From: Candidatus Thermosaccharophagus tengchongensis
Lineage (GTDB): Bacteria > Armatimonadota > Fervidibacteria > Fervidibacterales > Thermosaccharophagaceae
Length of the DNA stretch: 64,000 bases
Direction: 5' to 3' (one strand)
Assembly: GCA_032161105.1 (NCBI GenBank)
Contig: JAVHTD010000001.1
Shown here: in pieces, positions 21,115 to 31,337 of the stretch
How positions within the stretch are numbered: the first letter of the stretch is position 1
Layout: the number at the start of each line of letters is the position of its first letter
Notes under the pieces: model-generated
The model's input: only the letters and a program-made list of their open reading frames with translations
Database searches by the model: none
What the model was told of the DNA's origin: nothing
Program-made: the position numbers and the translations under genes

Positions 21115-21771
21115 TCACCAACCCATTGCCTTAAGCCACGCATGCGCTATAAGCAGGTGACCAAACTGGTTTGGGTGGACTGGCTCCGGGCAGAACGCAT
21201 CTGCATGCCTATAGCGCAGCTGCTCCTGAAACAGCTCATGCAATGGCACAAACACGGCATTGAACTCGTCAGCGAGTTGACGGACGATGGCTTGATACTC
21301 CTTTAGCGCCTTGAGCACCTTCGTTCGCCATGAATCCGTCTCAATGTCAGTGCTTATGTAAAATGGCTCCATGAGCACAACTTGCGCGTTTGTCCGTTCC
21401 ATCGTCAATTCCAAGCATTGCCGGTAAAGCTCCTCATAGCGATTTGGCGGGACTGCTGTGGGATCGCCCGTGAGTGTCCGATGAACATCGTTGATCCCGA
21501 TGAGCACCGACAACCAATCTGGTTTGATGGTGAGCACATCGTCATGCCAACGGTCTCGCAAGTCCGCCACAGTATTCCCGCTTATGCCCTTGTTGATTAT
21601 TCTCACATTGAGTGGCGGATAGCGTATGGCAATCAGCTCAGCTATGAATTTCACATAGCCGTTTCCGAGCGGTTGTGCAATATCCCTTCGCCCACAATCA
21701 GTTATGCTGTCGCCGATGAACACAACCACTTGTCCATCGCTCAACCGAAACACTCCCTCCACCTCCCCCAT
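21115..21771 (-). CDS. SGNH/GDSL hydrolase (esterase)
   Basis: FIGDSIT, NKGISG, LIGIND, PVHPN blocks. Confidence 0.92.
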   Translation of the reverse strand: MGEVEGVFRLSDGQVVVFIGDSITDCGRRDIAQPLGNGYVKFIAELIAIRYPPLNVRIINKGISGNTVADLRDRWHDDVLTIKPDWLSVLIGINDVHRTLTGDPTAVPPNRYEELYRQCLELTMERTNAQVVLMEPFYISTDIETDSWRTKVLKALKEYQAIVRQLADEFNAVFVPLHELFQEQLRYRHADAFCPEPVHPNQFGHLLIAHAWLKAMGW

Positions 21772-21790
21772 TTTTGTTGTCCAATCATCC

Positions 21791-23728
21791 TCACATTTGC
21801 GGCTCGTGAGTGTAGGTATGCGTTAGGGAGATGTTCGCTTCAAATGCCCTTTTCAAGCGCTCATAGTTGCGCTGTAATTGTTGCTTCTCATGTATTGCCA
21901 AGTCCGGGTCCTCAAGCGCTTGGTAAATTATCGCCCCCTCACAATGCGATGGGACTGGCAGCTCCATCAGGTAGCAAACAGTTGGGACGATGTCCATGAG
22001 CCAGACTGTGCGCTCCAAAATGACACCTTTGCGCACCCCAGGACCGTTCATTATAAGCAAGCCCCTCATTGAACCGATGCCAAACTCAGCCGTTGGAAGG
22101 TGTGGTCCATGTTGAGCCATAAACAGCGGGCTTACAGCATAAACGATGTCGCCAACAAGCTCTCCATGCAGCCCAATGATGCGGGCGTCTTCTCGCTTAA
22201 GCGCAAACACTATGGGTTTCTTGCCCGTCTTTGGGTCAGTGTAGTTGTAGAGCGCTTCAATGACTTTGTCCCTCACATCCTCATATTCGTCTGGCTCCAC
22301 TATGCCATCCGGGTCTCTCCCTTTGAGGTTCACATAAATGTAAGCTGCTCGCTGTGGGAAGGCTTTTGTTTCCTTCCAGTCCACCACTCGCCTTCGCTTA
22401 TCGGCAAACTTGAGCAATCCATTGGCTTCAAGGACGCTTGCAACATCAAATGGATTTGTTGTTGCCTTCGCACCATGGTCTGAGACAATTATGACGAGCG
22501 CATCTTCGCCAGCGGCTTCAACTATGCGCCCGATCGTTTTGTCAATGCTTTTGTAAAAGCCAAGCTCAGCACCCTCATACTGCTTCCTTACATCCTCATC
22601 AGGGCATGTGAGTGGGTCAAGCTGTGTGGCGAATGCGTGGTAGGCGAAGTCGGGGCAATGTATTTGCATGAAGAACAACTCCCATCGCTGCCGCTCAAAC
22701 AGCTGCGTTGCCGCATCTGCATACCACTTGTGTTGCATGTCCACGATCTCAACGAATGTCTGCGGGTCTATCCAGTCAAACATGAGGGCATTGAAGCCGT
22801 TGCGGGGCATAGGTAAGCCATCCTCGGATTGAATCGTCCTCGCAATCCCCTTTGGGTAGTCCCATCCATCTAATGCGCAAAGGCTTGTGAAGTAAAGAGC
22901 GAACTCGCTTGCGTCATTGGAGAGACGCACTAACTTGCACCTGAACACAGCCTCCATCAAGCCTTCGTCGGTTTCAAATTCGTCCCTGAGCACCTTGCTC
23001 CACTGCCTGACGGCGAGGACATCAATGATGGCGTTTACATCCTTTCCCTTTGCGAGCATTGCACGCTCATACCCATTGCTGCCTTTGCGCAGCAGCACAA
23101 AGTAGCTTTTTGGTTTGACCTTCAGCTTCGCCGAGCGGTATTGCAGCGGGAGCTCAACTTCAAGGTCATCTTGGCGCAATTCAATTCCGTTCCAACCAAA
23201 AGCCTTCTTCAACTCCACACGAGTTGCTTGTGGCAGTTCGTCGGTGCAAAACATTTGCTCATCGCACAGTGTCATCGGGACACCCCATGGCGGAACTCCA
23301 ATCTGCCATTCATTCAGGCATAGCCCCATACCGCCAAGTTGAACGCCGTCATTAATCGTTGGCGGCCATGTTGTGGGGTAGTTGATGATTATTGAGCGCT
23401 TGCCCACGCGCTCAGCAGCATTCCAAATGAACTCCGCCTTCACATCCCTTGAGTCAAAAGCTTGCACAATCTTATCAAGCGGGTCGCCCGGCTTGTGCAG
23501 GTTGAAGCAAGTTATTCCGTGCGTCCCGACGGTTGCCCCGGTCACTATTGTCGTCCAGTTGGGTGGGGTTATCGTCGGGAATGGCACAAGGCAATTCTCA
23601 GCATATACTCCGCCCTCAATCAAGCGCTTGAATGTGGTGAGTTCTCCGTCCATTGCAAACCTATAAACCCTCGGCGCTATAGGTGCATCCAGACCTATGA
23701 GGACGAGCTTGGTCGGTCTTTTCGCCAT
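21791..23728 (-). CDS. Alkaline phosphatase superfamily protein (type I phosphodiesterase/nucleotide pyrophosphatase)
   Basis: LIGLDA, PTITPPNWTTIVTG with nucleophile Thr, VSDHG, terminal MDIVPT; ATG at 23728 has a strong SD (GAGGAGG). Confidence 0.85.
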   Translation of the reverse strand: MAKRPTKLVLIGLDAPIAPRVYRFAMDGELTTFKRLIEGGVYAENCLVPFPTITPPNWTTIVTGATVGTHGITCFNLHKPGDPLDKIVQAFDSRDVKAEFIWNAAERVGKRSIIINYPTTWPPTINDGVQLGGMGLCLNEWQIGVPPWGVPMTLCDEQMFCTDELPQATRVELKKAFGWNGIELRQDDLEVELPLQYRSAKLKVKPKSYFVLLRKGSNGYERAMLAKGKDVNAIIDVLAVRQWSKVLRDEFETDEGLMEAVFRCKLVRLSNDASEFALYFTSLCALDGWDYPKGIARTIQSEDGLPMPRNGFNALMFDWIDPQTFVEIVDMQHKWYADAATQLFERQRWELFFMQIHCPDFAYHAFATQLDPLTCPDEDVRKQYEGAELGFYKSIDKTIGRIVEAAGEDALVIIVSDHGAKATTNPFDVASVLEANGLLKFADKRRRVVDWKETKAFPQRAAYIYVNLKGRDPDGIVEPDEYEDVRDKVIEALYNYTDPKTGKKPIVFALKREDARIIGLHGELVGDIVYAVSPLFMAQHGPHLPTAEFGIGSMRGLLIMNGPGVRKGVILERTVWLMDIVPTVCYLMELPVPSHCEGAIIYQALEDPDLAIHEKQQLQRNYERLKRAFEANISLTHTYTHEPQM

Positions 23729-23750
23729 CCTCCTCACCTCCGATGTTGAT

Positions 23751-25004
23751 TTATTCGGCATATAGAACTGCGGCGGAGAATGTCACAACCGATTGCCCAT
23801 CGGGATCTAACGACTGCTCATACTTGAGAATGTGCCCCTTTGCTCCCTCCAAGGCTTTAAGCATCACATAAGCAGCCGGTGTCGCATCAATGTTGGTGAA
23901 GTTGCGGTTGCGAGAGATGAACTGAACCATTCCATCAGCATCGCCGCGCTCCACGCAGCTTAGGAACTCACCATCGTATCGGCGAAGCCATTGCAATAGT
24001 TGTGGTGAGATCTTAACGGTGTGCCCGAAGCGCATCCCTACATGGCTCAAGTCAACGCTCGCAATTATGCATATGCGCTCATGCCAGCATTCAATCAATT
24101 GGCGGAGCACGCCCACGAATTCCCTTATCGGCTCAAGCTCCATCGGGTTGCGGGTGCTCGTGTAAGCTTGCCCGAAGTCGCCACAGATAATGGGGACGAA
24201 TGTAAACGGCAGGACATCACCGAAGGCGTGTTGCAAGAAGAGCAATTGAAACTCAATGGAGTGTTCAAAGCGGTGCGCAAGCTCGTCCGAGAACGGATCA
24301 AAGCTGTGACAGAGCGCTGTGAGCCTCTCGACAAACTCAACATTTACTTTAGCCACCCCAAATGGAGTTTCAAAGTCCTTGCGCGTGATTGCGAATGGCT
24401 GCTCCGTTTGGCAATGCGCTATCCCGAGAATTACGAAAGTGATCGGTTGCGGCTCGGCAAGCAATGCGCTTGCCAACTTGAAATGCGCCCATGCATAGCA
24501 AGTCCCGCCACGGCGCAAATCTATATGCGGTGCCATTATGGCGGCGGGCAATTTTGCGCCGCCGTTTAGCAATGGCACTCCGGGTCCATCGGGAGTTTGG
24601 TATAACGAGTCAAGCAGCGTCCTCAGTTGGTCTGCGTCCTCAGGATATGAGAGACCGGCATGCGCAGCTTTCCTAACCGGTTGCTCGCTGAACCATTGCT
24701 TCAACTCAACGAGCCTATTTGTAAAGCGCTCGTTCTCAAGCAGGTAATGTTCGTCAAGCTGCTTGATGAGCCCTTGTATCTCATCGCTCATTACGAGCCT
24801 TCCGAAGCGCCGCACAAATTCAACTTGCATTTCTCGCACGGAGTGCATCCCATCCATTAAGCTGAGGAAGAAAGCCATTTGATGCGGGAGCATCAATACA
24901 CCTTCCATGAGCCCGAGTGGGTCTCTTATGGCGATGTATTGCTTTCCCTCCACCGTGATGGGGAAGATGTCCACATTGCGCAATTTCGGGCAGTCCATAG
25001 CCAT
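23751..25004 (-). CDS. amrB: AmmeMemoRadiSam system protein B (MEMO1 family) with N-terminal PqqD/RRE-like extension
   Basis: AHAGLSYP, APHID, FETPFG, EHSIEFQL, ASVDLSHVG motifs. Confidence 0.85.
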   Translation of the reverse strand: MAMDCPKLRNVDIFPITVEGKQYIAIRDPLGLMEGVLMLPHQMAFFLSLMDGMHSVREMQVEFVRRFGRLVMSDEIQGLIKQLDEHYLLENERFTNRLVELKQWFSEQPVRKAAHAGLSYPEDADQLRTLLDSLYQTPDGPGVPLLNGGAKLPAAIMAPHIDLRRGGTCYAWAHFKLASALLAEPQPITFVILGIAHCQTEQPFAITRKDFETPFGVAKVNVEFVERLTALCHSFDPFSDELAHRFEHSIEFQLLFLQHAFGDVLPFTFVPIICGDFGQAYTSTRNPMELEPIREFVGVLRQLIECWHERICIIASVDLSHVGMRFGHTVKISPQLLQWLRRYDGEFLSCVERGDADGMVQFISRNRNFTNIDATPAAYVMLKALEGAKGHILKYEQSLDPDGQSVVTFSAAVLYAE

Positions 25005-25135
25005 TCACTTCTGTAAGTGATGTCGCTTTAGGTGCGTGGGCTGTTTGGCAGCGTAGTCCCCATCTTAAGCTATGAGCCAGAGTTTGAGCGACGCTTGCAA
25101 ATGGGCTCAATGGCGCATCAGCACTGGCTTATTCC

Positions 25136-25393
25136 CTACCCCTCTTCACCCTCAACCTCAATCTTTCGGAGGCGCTGCGTAGCTTCCTCAAGGCGGTGTA
25201 TGCGTGCATCAATGATTGAACGCACCGCAAGCAATAATTCCTTCCTCGCATTCACGAGATGCTCAACTGCCTCCTTGCCGATCAGCCCAATCATGCACCT
25301 CAGCACAAGATTACGCATGCCCTCAAGCTTCTCCTCAATTGACTCAACTTCTGGTCTGCGCGGTCTGGCTGCGCGCCTTTCGCGTTCGGTCAT
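25136..25393 (-). CDS. Small helical hypothetical protein
   Basis: Strong SD (GGGGAGGTG) before ATG at 25393; amphipathic helices EHLVNARKELLLAVRSIID. Confidence 0.65.
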   Translation of the reverse strand: MTERERRAARPRRPEVESIEEKLEGMRNLVLRCMIGLIGKEAVEHLVNARKELLLAVRSIIDARIHRLEEATQRLRKIEVEGEEG

Positions 25394-25566
25394 GTCTATC
25401 ACCTCCCCTTATGTGCAGTGGAGCATCATGTTGGTCATACTTTGTCATACGGCGCAGCTCTATCCAACCTCAAATTGCATAGCTACAAGCCATTGCTTAG
25501 TTTGCCACACCGTCGTTTGCTGGCAAGGTTGGGTCAGTTTGCACAGTTTGCATTGCGCTCTGAGGG

Positions 25567-28017
25567 ATGCCGAAGATGATGCGTTATCAAACAACCATCA
25601 AGCAGTGGCACTGCCTTTCGCTTTATGGCGTGCTCGGATTTTGCTCAATGATTGTTCAGGCAATTTTCGTCCGCGAGTTTCTGGCTGTCATCTACGGGAC
25701 GGAGCTCTCGCTCGGCATCCTATTTGCATCTTGGCTGCTTTGGATAGCTATTGGTGCAGAGCTTGGCGCATACATTGCTCCGAGGGTGAAAAACCCAATA
25801 TTTTCATTTTCGCTCTGGCTGCTCATAGTCGGCTGTCTTCTGCCGGCTCAGATTGCGTTCATACGCTCAATGCACATCATCCTGCGAACCCCACCGGGTG
25901 AATTGCCGTCACCGTTATCAACCGCACTGTATGTGCTCCTTGCGTTGTCCCCATTCAGCCTCGCCATCGGGTTTACATTCCCATTGGGTGTGCGCATGTA
26001 TCGCACATTGGGTCAAACAACTGCGCGCCCCGTTGCTCTGATTTATGCGGTTGAAGCCCTCGGAAGCTTGCTTGGCGGATGCGCATTCTCGTTCTTGCTT
26101 GTGCGCATCATGCCGGCGTGCGCTCTAATCGCGCTCGTATCGTGCTTGCTTTGTGGCGCGTCAGCAAGCCTGCTCTATTGCATTGCGGGCAACAGGCTGC
26201 TCAAATTCTCACTCCCCACCGCAGCATTGCTTCCGGCGTTAATTCAGGCATCACTTGCGCCGCAGCTTGAGCGAACCCTAACGGTGTTGCGCTGGAACTC
26301 GTATGGGACGGGAAACGAGCTTGTCCTCAGCATGGATTCTCCATATCAAAACATCGCCATTGGGAAGCGGCTGGATCAATACAGCCTGTTTTGCGATGGG
26401 CACTTCATTGCGAGCTTCCCCGATGAGTATGCGAACGCATCGTTGGCGCTGTTGCTTGTTTCGCAAGCCGATAAGCCATCCAGAGTGCTTGTCATAGGTG
26501 GTGGGATTGAGGGTCTGTTGTCACAGTTTGTTGCACTCGGCATCCAGCGAGTTGAATATGTGCAAACTGACCCATGGTTGATTGATGCCGTTACACCGTT
26601 CCTATCACGCCCGGATAAGGAGGCATTGAGCAGCGGCAATGTGATCATATGGCATGCTGATGCAAGGCAATTCATCAGGGAGACCAAAAGGAGCTATGAC
26701 TTGATCTTCCTCAACATCGGTGACCCATCAACTGCTCAGCTCAACCGCTACTACACCGTTGAGTTCTTCGAGCTCGTTCGCAAGCGCTTGAGCAAAAGCG
26801 GTGTCTTCGTGCTGCGCATAACCGGTTCGGAGTCGTATCTTGGCGAGGCGTTGGCATACTATGTCGGCAGCATTTACCACACTGTTAAAGCGTCGTTCAA
26901 GCACATCGCCGTATCCGTCGGAGAGACGATTTTCCTGTTTGCATCGGATCGCGTTAACCTCGTCACGGAGTCGCCCGAGCAATTGATGAGGCGAGCAATT
27001 AACATCACCAAGGGTGCCAGCGTGGGGTCAGTTCGGACAACTTCTCATCACATCTCCGCGCTGACCATGCCACCGCATGTTTTGCTTTCATACTTCCCAC
27101 CGCTTCGCTCCGAGTGGCTGCATGGTGAGATGCGCAATTTAAAGGACAGGATTGGCTCAAGTGGCAGGCTGCTCAATGGCGATCTTCATCCCATGAGCTA
27201 TTTTCATTACCTTCGCCTTTGGTTGCACAAATCGCATCCGCAAGCCATGTTAAAGATTGAAGGCTGGCTCAAGAGGCATTTGAAGTGGCTCCCAATGGCA
27301 GCCGCTCTAATGTTTGTGATGCTACTCCTTGCCGAAGCGCTCACAGCTCAGTTCAAGTTGGCGTTCGGGAAGCGCCCCGCAGGGGCTGTAAAGCGCTCTT
27401 CACTCCTCGCTGCGTCATTTGCGGGGATGAGCGCAATGGGCATGGAGCTTATCTTGCTCATTGCCTTCCAAAGCCTTCATAGCGCCCTTTACCAAATGGT
27501 CGGCGCCCTCGTTGCGATGTTCATGCTCGGCTTATCGCTCGGGAGCATCGCCGCTGGCAGATTGCAAATTCGCGCTCGCGGGCTATTGCAAAGTTGCATC
27601 ATCTTGAGCTGTATCTCCATTCTCATCTCATCGTTTGCTTTCGCAATGCCGCATATGCTTACGCTGATTGCAGCGTGGTTAACTTCAATTCCGTTGCTTT
27701 TGTCATTCCTCCTCCTGCTCATCATCTCCGGCTTCCTTACTGGCGCTGCTTTACCGGCAGCAGTTAGTGCTTACCAAGCGGCTATGGATGAGCAGGATGA
27801 ACTCAGCTTGACGCATTCAGCCGGCAAGGTTGACAGGGCTGACCATCTTGGGGCATCAATTGGTGCTCTCATTGTGCCAGTAGTCCTATTCCCGCTGTTT
27901 GGATTCGGCTTAACCTGCAACATCATTGGGGCGCTCAACCTGCTTGCCGCAATGTTAATCATCTGTTCATCCGTATGCCTGTTGCCATTCAAACGGAGCG
28001 TGGCTAAAGGGGGGTAG
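25567..28017 (+). CDS. Fused membrane domain/spermidine synthase-like (SAM-binding) protein
   Basis: TM blocks at both ends; SPYQNI, VLVIGGG, DARQFI, YDLI, NRYYTVEFF motifs. Confidence 0.85.
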   Translation: MPKMMRYQTTIKQWHCLSLYGVLGFCSMIVQAIFVREFLAVIYGTELSLGILFASWLLWIAIGAELGAYIAPRVKNPIFSFSLWLLIVGCLLPAQIAFIRSMHIILRTPPGELPSPLSTALYVLLALSPFSLAIGFTFPLGVRMYRTLGQTTARPVALIYAVEALGSLLGGCAFSFLLVRIMPACALIALVSCLLCGASASLLYCIAGNRLLKFSLPTAALLPALIQASLAPQLERTLTVLRWNSYGTGNELVLSMDSPYQNIAIGKRLDQYSLFCDGHFIASFPDEYANASLALLLVSQADKPSRVLVIGGGIEGLLSQFVALGIQRVEYVQTDPWLIDAVTPFLSRPDKEALSSGNVIIWHADARQFIRETKRSYDLIFLNIGDPSTAQLNRYYTVEFFELVRKRLSKSGVFVLRITGSESYLGEALAYYVGSIYHTVKASFKHIAVSVGETIFLFASDRVNLVTESPEQLMRRAINITKGASVGSVRTTSHHISALTMPPHVLLSYFPPLRSEWLHGEMRNLKDRIGSSGRLLNGDLHPMSYFHYLRLWLHKSHPQAMLKIEGWLKRHLKWLPMAAALMFVMLLLAEALTAQFKLAFGKRPAGAVKRSSLLAASFAGMSAMGMELILLIAFQSLHSALYQMVGALVAMFMLGLSLGSIAAGRLQIRARGLLQSCIILSCISILISSFAFAMPHMLTLIAAWLTSIPLLLSFLLLLIISGFLTGAALPAAVSAYQAAMDEQDELSLTHSAGKVDRADHLGASIGALIVPVVLFPLFGFGLTCNIIGALNLLAAMLIICSSVCLLPFKRSVAKGG

Positions 28018-28021
28018 CATC

Positions 28022-29176
28022 GTGAGGTTTCTCATAGCGTGCGATTCCTTCAAAGGCAGTGCCACATCAAAGCAGGTTGGGGAGGCGTTGAAAGATGGCA
28101 TCCTGCGCGCAATGCCGCATGCCGAAGTTTTGGTCATACCGGTCGCCGATGGCGGCGAGGGGACTGTGCAAGCGCTCGTTGATGCCACCGATGGCAAGTT
28201 CGTCACCGTGGATGTCACAAACCCGATTGGCGAGAGAGTGAAAGCATCATTCGGCATATTGGGCGATGGTGAGACAGCCGTCATTGAAATGGCTGCTGCA
28301 AGCGGCTTAATGCTAATCCCGCCGGAGAGGCGAAACCCGTGGATCACAACAACATATGGGACTGGTGAGCTCATCAAAGCGGCGCTTGAGCATGGCTGTC
28401 GGAGGATAATCATCGGCATAGGTGGAAGCGCAACAAATGATGCCGGTGCTGGCATGGCACAGGCACTCGGCATCGGTCTGCTTGATGAGGACGGCAATCA
28501 GATTGGCTTTGGCGGCGGCGAGCTATCAAGGCTTTGCCGAATTGATATGAGTGGGCTTGACACAAGGGCGATGGAAGCCGAGTTCATCGTCGCATGTGAT
28601 GTTGACAATCCGCTAACTGGTGAGAAGGGTGCTGCTTATGTGTATGCTCCGCAGAAAGGGGCAACGCCAGACATGGTTCCAAAGCTTGATGCTAACTTGC
28701 GCCACTTCGCAAAAGTGGTGCGAGAGCAACTCGGGGTAGATGTTGAGCATGTTCCGGGGGCTGGTGCAGCTGGCGGGCTCGGTGCCGGTCTGATGGCATT
28801 CCTCGGGGCAAAGTTGCGTCCCGGGACTGAGATCGTTTTTGAGCTTGTTCGGCTTGAGGAGCGAATGAGGGATGCCGACTTGGTCATCACTGGCGAGGGG
28901 CAGATTGATTCACAAACTGCTTTTGGCAAAACGCCGGTTGGCGTCGCTAAGCTTGCAAAGAGGTATGGAAAGCCAGTCATAGCTGTTGCCGGCGCAATCG
29001 GGGATGGGGCTGAGATAGTTCATGCTCACGGGATTGATGCCGTGTTCAGCATCGTCAACCGCCCGATGACTCTTGAAGAGGCGATGGGTGATGTGGTGCA
29101 CCTGCTCACGAGCTTCGGCGAGCAGCTTGGGCGATTGATCTTGGCACTGGGAATCACCACCAAAGGCATGGTGTGA
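28022..29176 (+). CDS. glxK: Glycerate kinase (GlxK/GarK family)
   Basis: DSFKGS, PVADGGEGT, GGSATNDAG, GAGAAGG, ITGEG motifs. Confidence 0.95.
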   Translation: MRFLIACDSFKGSATSKQVGEALKDGILRAMPHAEVLVIPVADGGEGTVQALVDATDGKFVTVDVTNPIGERVKASFGILGDGETAVIEMAAASGLMLIPPERRNPWITTTYGTGELIKAALEHGCRRIIIGIGGSATNDAGAGMAQALGIGLLDEDGNQIGFGGGELSRLCRIDMSGLDTRAMEAEFIVACDVDNPLTGEKGAAYVYAPQKGATPDMVPKLDANLRHFAKVVREQLGVDVEHVPGAGAAGGLGAGLMAFLGAKLRPGTEIVFELVRLEERMRDADLVITGEGQIDSQTAFGKTPVGVAKLAKRYGKPVIAVAGAIGDGAEIVHAHGIDAVFSIVNRPMTLEEAMGDVVHLLTSFGEQLGRLILALGITTKGMV

Positions 29177-29270
29177 CAGTCGCTTATGCCGGCGGAAAAT
29201 AGCCTTTGGCTTCGCCTTGCCACAGTGAAGTTGCGCCATGGAAATTCAGGGATTGGGGTGAGATGGAACG

Positions 29271-30098
29271 ATGAGGCTTCAGCGTCGGTTTGAGGAGCTG
29301 CGCAGGAATGGTGATGGCGGTTTGATCGTGTTCATAACTGGCGGCGATCCAAATGTTGAGGTGACAATTAGGGCTGCGCTTGAGCTCGCGGATGCGGGCG
29401 TTGATGTGATTGAAATAGGCATACCCTTCTCCGACCCGATTGCCGATGGACCTGTAATTCAGGCATCCTCCGAGAGGGCACTCGCAGCTGGCACCACAAT
29501 ACAATCGCTTTTGTCGGCGGTGAGTGAGATTCGTGAGCACACGGACATACCGCTCATATTCATGAGCTACTTCAACCCAGTGTTGCAATATGGGCTTGAA
29601 CGCTTTGCGATGGATTGTGCATCAGTTGGCGTTGATGGTGTGCTCATAACTGACCTGCCGCCGGAGGAAGCTGGTGAATGGATTGAGGTGGCGAGCCGCT
29701 GCTCAATTGACACCGTCTTCTTGCTTGCGCCAACGAGCACGGATGAGAGGGTTAAGAAAGTAGCACTGGTTTCCACCGGCTTCATCTATTGTGTTTCACG
29801 CACCGGGATAACGGGCGAGAGGGAGAGGTTGCCAAAGGACCTGAGTGAGCTCGTTGGGCGAATAAAGCGTTTCACCGATAAGCCAGTGGCGGTTGGATTC
29901 GGCATATCAAGTCCAGAGCATGTAAGCGCCGTTCTAACTCAAACTGAAGCCGATGCAGTTGTGGTTGGAAGCGCTGTGGTCAGGAGGATGCACGAATGGC
30001 TATCATCGTGTAGGGATGCAGATGCATGGCTCTCATTGCGCCAGTTTGTGGCGTCATTGAAGGAAGCCACATTGAACAAAAAGGCGGAAGCTGAATGA
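29271..30098 (+). CDS. trpA: Tryptophan synthase alpha chain
   Basis: EIGIPFSDPIADGPVIQ, DLPPEE, VSRTGITG, VGFGIS, VVVGSA. Confidence 0.97.
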   Translation: MRLQRRFEELRRNGDGGLIVFITGGDPNVEVTIRAALELADAGVDVIEIGIPFSDPIADGPVIQASSERALAAGTTIQSLLSAVSEIREHTDIPLIFMSYFNPVLQYGLERFAMDCASVGVDGVLITDLPPEEAGEWIEVASRCSIDTVFLLAPTSTDERVKKVALVSTGFIYCVSRTGITGERERLPKDLSELVGRIKRFTDKPVAVGFGISSPEHVSAVLTQTEADAVVVGSAVVRRMHEWLSSCRDADAWLSLRQFVASLKEATLNKKAEAE

Positions 30099-30109
30099 GG
30101 TGAAAGCAC

Positions 30110-30808
30110 ATGAGCTTAGTGAGGCGCTTGGCTGAGGCAATTGACTTGTCACTGCTTCATCCGACGCTCAAGCGAACCGATATTGAGCGCGCCTGTAAAG
30201 AGGCTGTTGATTGGGGAGTCGCATCTGTGTGCGTATCTCCATGTTGGGTGAGGCTCGCATCGGAGTTAATTGGCGAGTGCGATGTGGCGGTTGGCACCGT
30301 CGTGGGCTTCCCGCTCGGTAGCAGTGAGACATCGGTTAAGGCTTTTGAAGCGAGGCGTGCAATACAAGATGGCGCAACTGAGATTGACATGGTCATGAAC
30401 ATCGGTTTTCTGAAGTCGGGCGACCTTGAATCGCTCCTTGATGACATGAAAGCCGTAGTTGAGGCGGCGCAAGAAGCGTGCGAGTGCGTGCGCGGAAAAA
30501 GAGCCATAGTCAAGGTGATCCTTGAAACCGGCTATTTGGAGAGGGATGAGATTGTGAAGGCTTGCGAAGTTGCGCTTCGTTCTGATGCGGACTTCGTAAA
30601 GACATCCACAGGCTTTGGACCGAGGGGAGCCACCATTGATGATGTGAAGCTGATGCGAAGCGTTGTGGGCAACAGTATGAGGGTGAAAGCGGCTGGCGGG
30701 ATAAGGGCGCTGCGGCAGGCAATTGAGTTTCTCAACGCAGGAGCTGACAGGCTTGGGACAAGTCACGGCATTGCAATCCTTCTTGAGGCTCAACAGAGCT
30801 CGCTCTGA
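30110..30808 (+). CDS. deoC: Deoxyribose-phosphate aldolase
   Basis: VVGFPLG, EIDMV, KVILET, FVKTSTG, KAAGGIR, RLGTS. Confidence 0.96.
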   Translation: MSLVRRLAEAIDLSLLHPTLKRTDIERACKEAVDWGVASVCVSPCWVRLASELIGECDVAVGTVVGFPLGSSETSVKAFEARRAIQDGATEIDMVMNIGFLKSGDLESLLDDMKAVVEAAQEACECVRGKRAIVKVILETGYLERDEIVKACEVALRSDADFVKTSTGFGPRGATIDDVKLMRSVVGNSMRVKAAGGIRALRQAIEFLNAGADRLGTSHGIAILLEAQQSSL

Positions 30809-30855
30809 GTTGAGGCGCTCATGAGCGAGCATTATTCAAGCGGATTCCGTCAACG

Positions 30856-31065
30856 CTACGCCACCCGCCTCACCGGGATTGAGAAGTAACTCTCGTTTTC
30901 AACCCTTATAGGTTCCTCTGGGGATTCGTAGCGGCGATAGTGGTCTATGCCATAACATTCCTTGCAGACGAGGTTGTGTATCTTGAACGGCAAGCCGAGG
31001 ATTGGTTTCCCACAAACCCTGCAATGGTTCTCTACAACCTTGATTTTGCGAATCGCTGCCACCAT
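30856..31065 (-). CDS. Small zinc-finger-like protein (CxxC...CxxC)
   Basis: CRVC and CKEC pairs; strong SD (AGGAGGGAGGTG) upstream of ATG. Confidence 0.7.
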   Translation of the reverse strand: MVAAIRKIKVVENHCRVCGKPILGLPFKIHNLVCKECYGIDHYRRYESPEEPIRVENESYFSIPVRRVA

Positions 31066-31337
31066 GCACTGTTCACCTCCCTCCTTTTGGTGTATTTGAA
31101 CCGCTGCAAAGCCCGATTAAGAGACGACGCCATATCGGCTCACCTCTGACTCCGCAGCGAAGTGTGTTGCTTCCAAATTGGCAATCATAATTTTACCACG
31201 CGCCATATGACGCTTAAAACGGCACTGCAGCAAAGGTGCGCTTTGAAGTTGCAACGCTGCGCCATTTAATCCCTTGAGGTTCGCTTTAAGCGCTACAATG
31301 TGTAGCAGATTGAAGTCTCTCATTTTCCATCGGAGGG

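Noticed and set aside
25032..25901. 289-aa plus-strand ORF and the many other overlapping/antisense ORFs in the track (e.g. 2149-3018, 19180-20013, 42985-43776)
   Set aside because: They are shadows of well-supported genes, with no recognisable motifs or ribosome-binding sites.
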